Shown here: positions 13,883 through 64,000 of the stretch, piece after piece
Numbering within the stretch: the stretch's first letter is position 1
How the letters are laid out: every line of letters begins with the position of its first letter
Assembly (NCBI GenBank): GCA_040954595.2
Contig: CM082595.2
Location: forward strand, 2,713,943-2,777,942
DNA: 64,000 bases
Direction of reading: 5' to 3'
From: Balanoglossus misakiensis
Taxonomy: Eukaryota > Animalia > Hemichordata
Program-made: the position numbers and the translations under genes
Notes under the pieces: generated by a model
What the model saw: only the letters and a program-made list of their open reading frames with translations
What the model was told of the DNA's origin: nothing
The model's database searches: none

Positions 13883-14569
13883 ATAAACATCACAGATAGT
13901 GTCCTTAAAGAGTGTCAGGATCACCACAAAGAGAGGGCAGACAACTTCTCTTGAATTTTGCAAGTTATCTTTATTCATATAAAATGAGCTGACAAAGTTT
14001 GAAATCAAAACTCGTACAGTTTGCTCACATGAAGAATAAAAATTGCAATAACTCATTACAGAAAGTGAAAACTGACTGAATTTGAAACAGAATTATATTT
14101 ACAATTCCAGTTGATTTAGGAGTCGCACAGAAAAGTCAAGTCTGAAAATTGTGCTCATTGTTGATTTATCACATGTCTAATTGGTTATAATGAAATTGCC
14201 TTTAGCATGTTTCTCAGTAAATTTTGGCGGCCATTTTGAAATTCAAATTTGAGAATGTTTCTCAGTAAATTTTGGCGGCCATTTTGAAATTCAAATTTGA
14301 GAGTGTTTCTAGTTTAAAAATTTGCAGTATTCCTCACTTTATTCAAATCTGAAATTGCCTTTAGCATGTTCCTCCATAAGGGATGTTAATTTCCAGTCAA
14401 TTCAGAAGACTTTGATCCAGTTCCTAAAATAGCATAATGCAATTTCGATAAAAATCACAGCTAGTGTTCGTAATGAATGTCAGGGTCACCACAAAGACAG
14501 AACAGACAATTTCTCTCGAATAACGCAATTCTTTTATTTACTTTATAAAATAAGCGGACAAGCTTGAAA
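13883..14569. repeat. Diverged ~120-bp direct repeats (13883-14004, 14448-14569) enclosing a 48-bp tandem duplication; probable transposon relic
   Basis: ATCACAG.TAGTGT...TGTCAGG.TCACCACAAAGA...CAGACAA.TTCTCT.GAAT occurs twice. ATGTTTCTCAGTAAATTTTGGCGGCCATTTTGAAATTCAAATTTGAGA occurs twice at about 14207-14302. Confidence 0.65.
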
Positions 14570-14805
14570 AGCTCTGACAATAATAGAAATAGGCAGTCTA
14601 GAATGTGTGCATGTATAACTGTCAATAGTTTTAAAACTTAGGAATATTGTACGATTCCAAAACTGCATTAAATCTTAATTGATGTGTACAACCGAGTCCA
14701 TGACAACTTCCCTGCACCTAAGGACGAAAATAAAATTTGATTAGGAGAATAACGTAACATTAAAATTAATATGAGGATTAACTTAGCAATGTAATTGTGT
14801 GTGTG

Positions 14806-14982
14806 TCTTACTTCGGTTGAGCTAAGTTAAATTTTTTTTTACAAGTGCATTACGGGCATCCTAATCTATGCATGATCTTTTCTAATGCAAAAATGTTTTG
14901 CATCTGAAAAGATCTTGCATAGATTAGGATGCCCATAATGCACTTGTAAAAAAAAATTTAACTTAGCTCAACCGAAGTAAGA
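14806..14982. repeat. 177-bp near-perfect palindrome (foldback/MITE-like)
   Basis: The left arm TCTTACTTCGGTTGAGCTAAGTTAAATTT...GATCTTTTC is the reverse complement of the right arm GAAAAGATC...AAATTTAACTTAGCTCAACCGAAGTAAGA. There are only a few mismatches and a ~3-nt centre (ATGCAAAA atg TTTTGCAT). Confidence 0.92.
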
Positions 14983-15122
14983 GTTGTGCTTGAGATTTAT
15001 TAGTCTTTGCTGTACACTCATGGGGAGGTTAGGGTGGGGGCTAGGGATGGCATATAAAAAGCCAAAAAAAAAAACTAAGTCAGAAACGCTAAAAATTTGA
15101 AATTTGTCTATACCTCCACGTT

Positions 15123-15196
15123 GGGGCATATACAAGTTTCAAAAATTTTCTAAGTTTTCTTAGACTTAGAAAATTTTTGAAACTTGTGTATGCCCC
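15123..15196. repeat. Inverted repeat, 33-bp arms, 8-nt spacer
   Basis: GGGGCATATACAAGTTTCAAAAATTTTCTAAGT tttcttag ACTTAGAAAATTTTTGAAACTTGTGTATGCCCC, one mismatch. Confidence 0.88.
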
Positions 15197-15404
15197 CTAC
15201 ATAACTTGCATTTTCTAACACTTGCCTTGTCTTTTCAGATCCCGGCTGGACTCCACTTCTTTCGATTGGTCATCAACCATTCAACAGATAGACCTGAAAC
15301 GACAAGTGAATACGAGTTAAATTTCAATATGAAATATGAAATATGAAAATGAAATAAAATACAATAAATTTCAATCCTTGGTGTCTGCTTTTTTGTAAAA
15401 AAAA

Positions 15405-16282
15405 AAAAAACACTTAGAAATTTTTCAGGCTTTACTCTATGCTTATTAAAAACACTTAGAAATTTTTTAGGCTTTACTCTATGCTTATTAAAAACACTTA
15501 GAAATGTTTTAGGCTTCACTGTATACTTATTAAAAACACTTAGAAATTTTTTAGGCTTCACTCTATACTTATTAAAAACACTTAGAAATTTTTCAGGCTT
15601 CACTCTATACTTATTAAAAACACTTAGAAATTGTTCAGGCTTCACTCTATACTTATTAAAAACACTTAGAAATTTTTTAGGCTTCACTCTATGCTTTCAT
15701 ATTAAGAAAAACACTTAGAAATTTTTCAGGCTTTACTCTATGCTTTCACATTAAGAAAAACACTTAGAAATTTTTCAGGCTTTACTCTATGCTTTCATAT
15801 TAAGAAAAAACACTTAGAAATTTTTCAGGCTTTACTCTATGCTTTCACATTAAGAAAAACACTTAGAAATTTTTCAGGCTTTACTCTATACTTTGATATT
15901 AAAAACACTTAGAAAATTTTCAGGCTTTACTCTATACTTTCACATTAAGAAAAACACTTAGAAATTATTCAGGCTTTACTCTATGCTTTCACATTAAGAA
16001 AAACACTTAGAAATTTTTCAGGCTTCACTCTATACTTTAAAATCAAAAACACTTAGAAATTTTTCAGGCTTTACTCTATACTTTGATATTAAAAACACTT
16101 AGAAATTTTTCAGGCTTTACTCTATACTTTCGAATTAGAAAAACTTAGAAATTTTTCAGGCTTTACTCTATACTTTGATATTAAAAACACTTAGAAATTT
16201 TTCAGGCTGTACTCTATACTTTCGTATTAGAAACACTTAGAAATTTTTCAGGCTGTACTTTGACATTAGGAAAAAACTTAGA
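15405..16282. repeat. Minisatellite A, about 19-20 copies, period 42 bp, then 49-50 bp, then 46 bp
   Basis: Core CACTTAGAAATTTTTCAGGCTTTACTCTAT starts at 15411, 15453, ... 15663 (42-bp steps), then 15712, 15761, 15811, 15860 and on to 16234. Confidence 0.95.
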
Positions 16283-16449
16283 GTGTCCAATTGAGATTGA
16301 TATGGTCTTACCTTAAGCTGTACTCTTGGATTTTTCAAACCATCATCTGAGAATTGAATTGATTTCACCTTGACTTTAATGCAACTCACTGCAATGCAAA
16401 GAACAAAATCAGGGTAAGTTTAACAACAATATTAATTACACAAAAAGAA

Positions 16450-18085
16450 TGATAACCGTCAAGAATTTGACAATTTTCATGAGCTATAACCCATGAAAAA
16501 TGTCCCAAAATGACAAAATTACCAAAGTCAAGAATTTGCCATTTTTGACAATTTTCATGAGCTATAACCCATGAAAAATGTCCCAAAATGACAAAATCAC
16601 CAAAGTTGGCAAAGTCAAGAATTTGCCATTTTTGACAATTTTCATGAGCTATAACCCATGATAGATGTCCCAAAATGACAAAATCACCAAAGTTGGCAAA
16701 GTCAAGAATTTGCCATTTTTGACAATTTTCATGAGCTATAACCCATGAAAAATGTCCCAAAATGACAAAATCACCAAAGTTGGCAAAGTCAAGAATTTGC
16801 CATTTTTGACAATTTTCATGAGCTATAACCCATGATAGATGTCCCAAAATGACAAAATCACCAAAGTTGGCAAAGTCAAGAATTTGCCATTTTTGACAAT
16901 TTTCATGAGCTATAACCCATGATAGATGTCCCAAAATGACAAAAATACCAAAGTTGGTAAAGTCAAGAATTTGCCATTTTTGACAATTTTCATGAGCTAT
17001 AACCCATGAAAAACGTCTGAAAATGACAAAATCACCAAAGTAGGCAAAGTCAAGAATTTGCCATTTTTGACAATTTTCATGAGCTATAACCCATGATAGA
17101 TGTCCCAAAATGACAAAAATACCAAAGTTGGCAAAGTCAAGAATTTGCCATTTTTGACAATTTTCATGAGCTATAACCCTTGAAAAATGTCCCAAAATGA
17201 CAAAATCACCAAAGCTGGCAAAGTCAAGAATTTGCAATTTTTGATAATTTTCATGAGATATAACCCATGAAAAATGTCCCAAAATGACAAAATCACCAAA
17301 GTTGGCAAAGTCAAGAATTTGCCATTTTTGACAATTTTCATGAGCTATAACCCATGAAAAACATCTGAAAATGACAAAATCACCAAAGTAGGCAAAGTCA
17401 AGAATTTGCCATTTTTGACAATTTTCATGAGCTATAACCCATGATAGATGTCCCAAAATGACAAAAATACCAAAGTTGGCAAAGTCAAGAATTTGCCATT
17501 TTTGACAATTTTCATGAGCTATAACCCTTGAAAAATGTCCCAAAATGACAAAATCACCAAAGTTGGCAAAGTCAAGAATTTGCCATTTTTGACAATTTTC
17601 ATGAGCTATAACCCATGAAAAACGTCTGAAAATGACAAAATCACCAAAGTAGGCAAAGTCAAGAATTTGCCATTTTTGACAATTTTCATGAGCTATAACC
17701 CATGAAAGACATCCGAAAATGACAAAAGCCATTATTGACGATTTTCATAAGCTATAACCCATGAAAAATGTCCGAAAACGACAAAATCACCAAAGTTGGC
17801 AAAGTCAAGAATTTGCCGTTTTTGACAATTTACATGAGCTATAACCCATAAAAATGTCCGAAAATGCCAAACATGACCAAAATTCACAAAGTCAAGAATT
17901 TGTCATTTTTTGAGCCTGTATAAGTTATAATCCATGCATATGACATCAAAATGCCAAACATGACCAAAATTCACAAAGTCAAGAATTTGTCATGTTTTGA
18001 GCCTGTATGATCCATGCATATGACATGAAGTACCAAATGTGACCAAAATTCACAAAGTCAAGAATTTGTCATTTTTTGAGTGTGT
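16450..18085. repeat. Minisatellite B, 87-bp unit, about 16 well-conserved copies plus degenerate shorter copies at the right end
   Basis: Unit GTCAAGAATTTGCCATTTTTGACAATTTTCATGAGCTATAACCCATGAAAAATGTCCCAAAATGACAAAATCACCAAAGTTGGCAAA. It appears as a 29-aa repeat in the 448-aa minus-strand ORF. Confidence 0.96.
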
Positions 18086-18885
18086 ATGAATATGAATCCA
18101 TACACATGTACAGTGAAACCAGTCATTATGGACACCTCTCAGATTTTTCAAGACAATAGTTATTGTCATGCAACGTTTATTAACATAACATTGAGCAGCC
18201 CAACAGCCCCAAATTCCCAATGGGCAGCGCCATTTTGAATCACGCCACCAACGACACTATTTGTTCTTTTGAGCCTAACGTCTAAACACATGCACATTGC
18301 ATGCAATAATGACTTTGTGAGAATGCAACCCACTAAGATATACTCTAGATAATCTTAACATGCTAATAAATAATGGTTGAAGATATCATGGATACAGAAT
18401 GTTTTTGGCTCAGTATTGCAAAGCTGACAGTTGACCGAGAGCAAGTTGACGAAGCAATGCATTTGACACTGCACTGACAGTGGCTTGTTCAGTACATTGA
18501 GTCGATTGCATGATATAAGTTACTCTTGTTGCGCTCGCACTCAGGTTAAGCTTGTTACATACAAGTATTATAAAGCCCATACAATGTCTATATTAGCGAG
18601 CGCTAAACCTATATAGGAATGGAATCACTTTACTATACCTTATCGGAAAGTGCACGTGTTGCTGTTATGTTCATGGGAGCCGCCATCTTGTTTTGTCCTT
18701 TTGACATCATTACGCGAAACCATTCTCCATGGTGAAACCAATCCAGTAATTCCTCACAAACCGTATTCAGATGCATCTCGACAACAAGGCGAACAACGAC
18801 AGTCAGAAATTCCCTTGGAAAATGGGCGTTTAAACGCGTTTCAGGTCAAATCAGTCTCCGTACCTGCAACGGCCATCTTGAAACA

Positions 18886-18898
18886 CGCCACCTAGCGG
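18886..18898 (-). promoter_or_regulatory. CTCF-like motif
   Basis: The minus strand reads CCGCTAGGTGGCG, close to the CTCF core CCASYAGRKGGCR. This is a motif match only. Confidence 0.4.
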
Positions 18899-18899
18899 T

Positions 18900-18995
18900 T
18901 TAGCTCATGAAACATTTACATGGGTTATAGGTCAAGAAAATTTCTCCAAAAATGAAAAATTCCTGACCGCTGATTTTGTCATTTTTTGGACTTAT
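18900..18995 (-). repeat. Degenerate inverted copy of the 87-bp minisatellite B unit
   Basis: ACATTTACATGGGTTATAGGTCAAGAAAATTTCTCCAAAAATGAAAAATTCCTGAC and TGATTTTGTCATTTTTTGGAC match the reverse complement of unit B. Confidence 0.75.
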
Positions 18996-21900
18996 TTGAA
19001 TCGATTATATTCCCGATATTTCCCCAAATAATTATTTATGAGGCCTTTTTACAAAGATCTTAACAGTTTTCGGTCAGTTTATCAGAACACGACAATTTCT
19101 TTTCACCTGATCATATACAGCCTCCCTTCTCCTTATCAAAGGAAGAACTTCTCACACCATCTGGCTTCCAGACAGACTAAAATATTTTTATACAGAAATA
19201 ACGACACACACGTAAATGAACACTTTGATGCCAAAAAGAGATTCATTACCATGGTAACCAGCAGACAGTACAAAGTTAATAATCTCATAAATATTACGGC
19301 CAAAAAAAGACTGCAGTGCTCAAAAGGAAAGTAAATGTCAAAGGGTGAAAGTCAGAAGATCAAGGTCAAAAGGTCAAATATTCACTCTGATGCAAAATGC
19401 ATCCTGATTTGCATAAATTTACATATGCATACTTATCTGATAAGAGAATTCAAAGTATAAAGTGTTAATTTTCATAATCCTAAATATTAACTAAACAAAA
19501 CAGGCAAAACTCAAAAATTAAGTGGTCTATATCTTTGGCTGAACTGTTGTATTTTCACTGAACTCATCAGCCTCATGAAGCATACAAATATCTATCATTT
19601 CTGCTGTATATCACAGTATGCAAATTACATATTGCTGTTTGTATTTCATTGGCTAATATTAATATACAAAAACCCTCAAAACATACTTTCAAAAAATTGT
19701 CAAATTGTATGCAAAAAAAATTATTACTCGTCAAAAATACAATTGCCGTTACCCTGAAAAACAAACTTTAGCTCGAGGAACTTTGTTATAATCAAAACTG
19801 AACACATTTAAGTAAACAGGCCATTGACAATAATACTTGGTTGTGGTTTATGGTTTCCCATCCCTCAGAATCAAAAGAATACTACCTCTACATGTACAAC
19901 TAAGGTTTGTAAAAAAATGGAAAAAAACTGCCAATCTGTTGAAAAGTCTGGATAAAACAGACATAAGTGAAATGGTACACATGATCCTTCTATCTTAGAA
20001 TTCGGCTGGTATTATATGGATGTGTTACTCTATTGATTGGTTTCTGCACAATGCAAAATTGACATCTACAAATCCATCTTGTTTGGGCACTTCACTACTT
20101 ATTGAAAACCACACATGATTCGAAACAAGTTGAAAAAACGAAAAAGGTTTCCCCGTTTCAAAAGGCACCGGTTTGTGGGCGACAATGATTAACTCACTGG
20201 ATCAAACAGTGTTCCACGCTACAACATACAAAATAGTCTCTACAGAATTTCTTGACACAACAGCCAGACACTTCTGAACCTTTCACAAATTCACAATATT
20301 GACAGAAAGTCATGGTAAAACCTGAAAAAGCTTTGGACAATTTATAAGCTCAAATGGAAAGCGTTGGTCTTCCCAAAATGCAATTCAATTCATACCACCT
20401 AAGCTACTCTATTCTGTAAATAAAAGTTGTAAACTGACACCCTAGCAGAGTTATGGAAAACATTCATTGACGCAAACAACAGGGGCAGTAAATGACAAGC
20501 CTACAATTCACAACTGAAATGCACGATGGGAAGTCTACCACCCAATAACACTGATATGGAGAAAAGACACATGCATGACTGGAAGCCAAAGGATTCACAT
20601 TTTTAAATATTTGCATGGTTCTTGTTTTGCCTTTGATTTAAATAACAACTTCTGGATTCACACAAATAGCAGAAATATTTACTCTTAATTATTCTGAGAT
20701 TGTCATCTGGAAAATAACGAATGATGCAGTCAAAAGGAATTATCCCTGGTGTGGACAAAATAGAACCTTCCAGTCGAGTCATGCTTGTCACAGAATTAAA
20801 TATCAATTAGATTCAATGTACTACATTTCACACAAAAAGAGGAAATTCTGATAATCATAGCATTTGTTGGCTTTGACTTTCAAAACACCATACTGTGCGT
20901 CACATCAAAGAATGGAGCCATGTGTATTACAATTACTTAATTGCTTACAATGTTATGCACCGTTAGTTGAAATTTCAGGCACTTTATTTTAGTTTCTGCT
21001 TTCAACCAGTCAGAAATTATGCATTTTTGGCGTCTTGATTTCAAAGGCACAGACTCATTTCATGTCAACAGGAACGTCACTATCTGTAATAGCCTAATGT
21101 TTTAGGGCGCTATAACATTGTGTGTTCGGGCCATATTCTCTGGATAAAGTTATTACATTTCATGCAGTTTTTCAGATATTTCAATATGAAAAGATTGATA
21201 CCACTGTCCATGTGTGCTGTGTACTTACATTTATGAATTAAAAGACATGAGATGACTGAGAAAAATGAGAAAGATGTAACATATACATGTAGCTGAAGTA
21301 GAGAAATCATAGTGCATAGAAACGATGCTCTGTAAATCTACAGAACTCAGCTGATTGAGGAGTTCATTTCTGAAGAATATTATGATTGATCATGAGTGTG
21401 TGTGCGACAGAAGACTGATGAGGATGATTAATTAAGAAGATGAAATGAGTGAGTAATGAGTGCAATGAAGATGAGGTGCATACAGTTGGTGCGATGACAG
21501 ATATCTTACAAGTCAAGAAATGTCATGAAATGAGAGATTCAATGATGTGTACAAAAGCCATGAATTGCAGTGATCTAATGAAAAAAGGGGGTGTGAGTAA
21601 ATTAGTAATGAAACACAGAAAATGACTGCTCTAGCTGAGTGATGCTGAGATTCAGAGATGATATGATTTTGCATGATCTTATCAGATATGTGGCAAAGAT
21701 TTGAAGATGAGAAGGAAGGAAGGAAGGAGAGAAATCATCAACAGATGTTACATGTGCATGAATTAATGAGATGAAAGAAAGATCTTAAGATTTTGTTTTG
21801 AAAGAAAACAAGAACCCTTATGAGCATAGTGAGAGGTTGATGTGTCATGTGACAAGGGAAGATTACTGGTAATGGTAAAGACTATTTCAACTACTGGGTT

Positions 21901-22231
21901 TGTGTATAAATTATACCCACTGGCAAATCGTCAGAATTCAATCCAAATTTTGAAATGTACATTAATTCAGATATTAGGCTGAATCAGACTGGGATAAACC
22001 AGAATAAATATCATGATTTTTGTATTCATTCATGTATGTACGTGAGAGCCAACGTGAAGCTTTCTGAGTAAAAAAAAGGTGCTAGTTTCAAGACATTATA
22101 CACAGAATGACAGATAACTAGTATCTTGCAGTACATGTAAGGTTGCGGTGATTTTGTGTTGCGTTTGTTGATATGCGGCCATCTTGTTTCGACTGCATCT
22201 TCTGCTGATGTCAGCGACAGATTCATATTCA

Positions 22232-61763
<39,532 letters not shown>

Positions 61764-63950
61764 GGAGATCTCGATATGTCTTGACGTCGCCGTATCCAGG
61801 ATCTGACAGACAGAATTCAACTGATAAGTTACAAAAGTCAGCAAAAAATTAAAAGTACTTTGAATCACAAATGAAGCAAAATTTCAATTTCTTTCCATAG
61901 AAACAATTACTGGTATTTTCACAACCAGTAATATTTTTCTCAAAAAAAAGGTTTTGCAACATGACGATTCCACTGACTATACCTGTAGAGAAATAATCAA
62001 GCCAGCAACCCTAATTAACCAATGGAATATCCCCAAATTTGCTAATTACATTCGTGATATTTGCATAATTTATTTAAATTTATAATTTGCTTGGTCTGAA
62101 TCCAGCTCTCTGATTGGCTGGAGCTGGGGTGTTATTCAACTGTAGATAAAGTTTTGTTTGGTGCAGATAAGACCACAACTTGACATTGGTTGGTTGTGTT
62201 GTCTACTACTTCACATCTGATACAGATTGAAGAAATATACAATTTCCCATGTGTACCTAATTAAACTGGGAATTAACTCAATTTTGAGAGAAACTTCGCA
62301 GTACTACAATTTACCCACAATTTTCTTCAATTTTCTAAAAGCAAACATTATTCTAAAAGCATCTATATAATAAAAGTACATTTAGAGCCTCCTGTCATGG
62401 CAACCACTGGACATATGGGAATACATCAATGGTTAAGAGATGATTTTCAATAACCAGTCAATGAATAAGTAATTATGTCTAGACAACATCAGCAACAGAT
62501 GGATTAGGCGAATGACATCAGGGCACTACTTGCCATTATTATTTTCAAGCGGGTATAAATCTTTATGAGATTGTCTTACTTGTTTCAAGAAGCTCTGGTC
62601 ATGTGTGAGCTTTAGTTTTGCATTTAATCTTTTTAGAAAAATTTACTGACTACATGTATTTCAGCTCATTCACACGGAAACCAATATTAGAGCACACAAA
62701 TTCCTGAAGTGATAAATGATAATTATTAATATATGTGACTACAGATGAGTAAAATGGATTGACACACCCTAGTGAAACCCTTGCAAAAATGTTAATAAAT
62801 ATATTATATTAACAGAATGTATACATACTGATTAACCAGCATTTTTTTCTTTCTCTGATACTGATATATCAAATAAGTGAAAATTACTCAGTAAATTCAT
62901 TATTTGCATTATTGTGGACAAGAGCTCCACGTTATCTCAATGTAGAATATGAAGGACATTTAAAAATGGCTGCCAAATACCTACACTACCCCTTAAAGAA
63001 ACTCAGATTTATTTTAAAATATCCAGTAAATACCACTCATTCTGATGTGTTTGTAAATGTCTATTTGAGATACCAATATGTTAGAATGTGAAATAAGGTG
63101 GAATAATTTAATTGTTATCACTGAGTGACACTGTGCCTTGGTCACCTTTATGTTCATACAGTCCAGCAATTATATAGCTCATTATAGGTTATTATGTAAC
63201 AAATGCATTCCCCTAGTATTCAATCAAAAGCTAACCATTTCCAAAGCTTAATTTCATCACAAACATCATTTTGTGAACTAAATCACCAGCCGTTTCTATA
63301 AATATTTCAAGTGGGAGACAGAAAATCACTCACTGACAGCAATGGTTTTAGTTAGTACTGTACACATTATTTTTGGCTGAATGAAGCATTTTAATATACA
63401 GTTACTTGTCAAAAATGCTCAACTCATATGTGTGTCAATGTCCCAACCCCATAGTAGTTCCTGTGTCAGAGCATTTCATACAGGTAGCTGACCAGACTAT
63501 TTCTACACAGAGCTCATTTAAGCAAAGGAAAAAACCTGGCCTTTTAACCTCGTGCACACACAACCCCACTTCCTGTCTTTAGACATTACCCAGTACTGTA
63601 CATCATACACATGGTTTTGTCGTCCCAAACCCATGGTGATAGGAAACGTTTAAAGACAGTAAACATGTGAGGTTTGGCACACAACCCTCATCATAGTGAA
63701 ACCTATCGAGTCTTGTGTAATTACATTACTTTGGTCTGTGACTATGAGTCAGGATTGTAAGCTTCATCATTTACATTTTGTGTGAGGGGCGTTAGTGTTG
63801 TTGTCATTCACGAAGAAACGCATCGCACCTGCTGATCCTAACTCAACAGCGACAGTCAGAAATATTCCGAACGACAGCGATCAATTATATAGGCTATCAT
63901 ATTTAGAATAGTTTAATGTAATACGTGTACTACAAGTTGGCCCAACTCAC

Positions 63951-64000
63951 CGAAATCGTCGGCAGCCGGTAGACTTGTCTGAACACTCTTGAGTCGAGTT
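63951..64000 (-). other. Probable upstream (5'UTR) exon of aPKC, running off the window edge
   Basis: CpG-rich segment ending in donor TCG|GTGAGT at 63950. The ATG-containing exon has a clear acceptor (TTCTGTCTGTCAG| at 61803), so an upstream exon is required. Confidence 0.55.

Noticed and set aside
15235-15687. 150-aa ORF of KPEKFLSVFNKYRV repeats
   Set aside because: Translation of the 42-bp tandem unit; the frame breaks when the unit length changes.
15405-16282. CRISPR-like look (conserved ~30-bp core with variable linkers)
   Set aside because: The linkers are only 12-20 bp and clearly related to each other, there are no cas genes, and the context is eukaryotic. It is a minisatellite.

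Overview
This is AT-rich, intron-containing animal genomic DNA. An invertebrate deuterostome is my inference from gene and intron structure; the organism cannot be identified from this window alone. I spliced four protein-coding genes by hand, all with GT-AG introns and consistent phases. (1) The last five exons of cyclin L (CCNL1/2-like, +). (2) A complete 10-exon FTSJ1/TRM7 tRNA 2'-O-methyltransferase (+, 392 aa), preceded by a triplicated 154-bp promoter-like unit. (3) A complete 4-exon GABARAP/Atg8 (+, 117 aa). (4) A complete 17-coding-exon atypical PKC (PRKCI/PRKCZ-like, -, 596 aa) spanning about 22.2-61.8 kb. Between the convergent GABARAP and aPKC 3' ends (about 13.4-19.0 kb) lies a composite repeat block: a 177-bp near-perfect palindrome, a hairpin whose arm matches a 42-50-bp tandem array, an 87-bp array with an inverted copy about 0.8 kb away, and YY1/CTCF-like motifs. 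aPKC introns carry a ~93-bp TTAA-flanked piggyBac-like MITE family, microsatellites, and several candidate internal first exons that would yield PB1-truncated or PKM-like kinases. No prokaryotic system, CRISPR array, rRNA or tRNA gene was seen. Most ORFs in the supplied track are spurious or are exon fragments.
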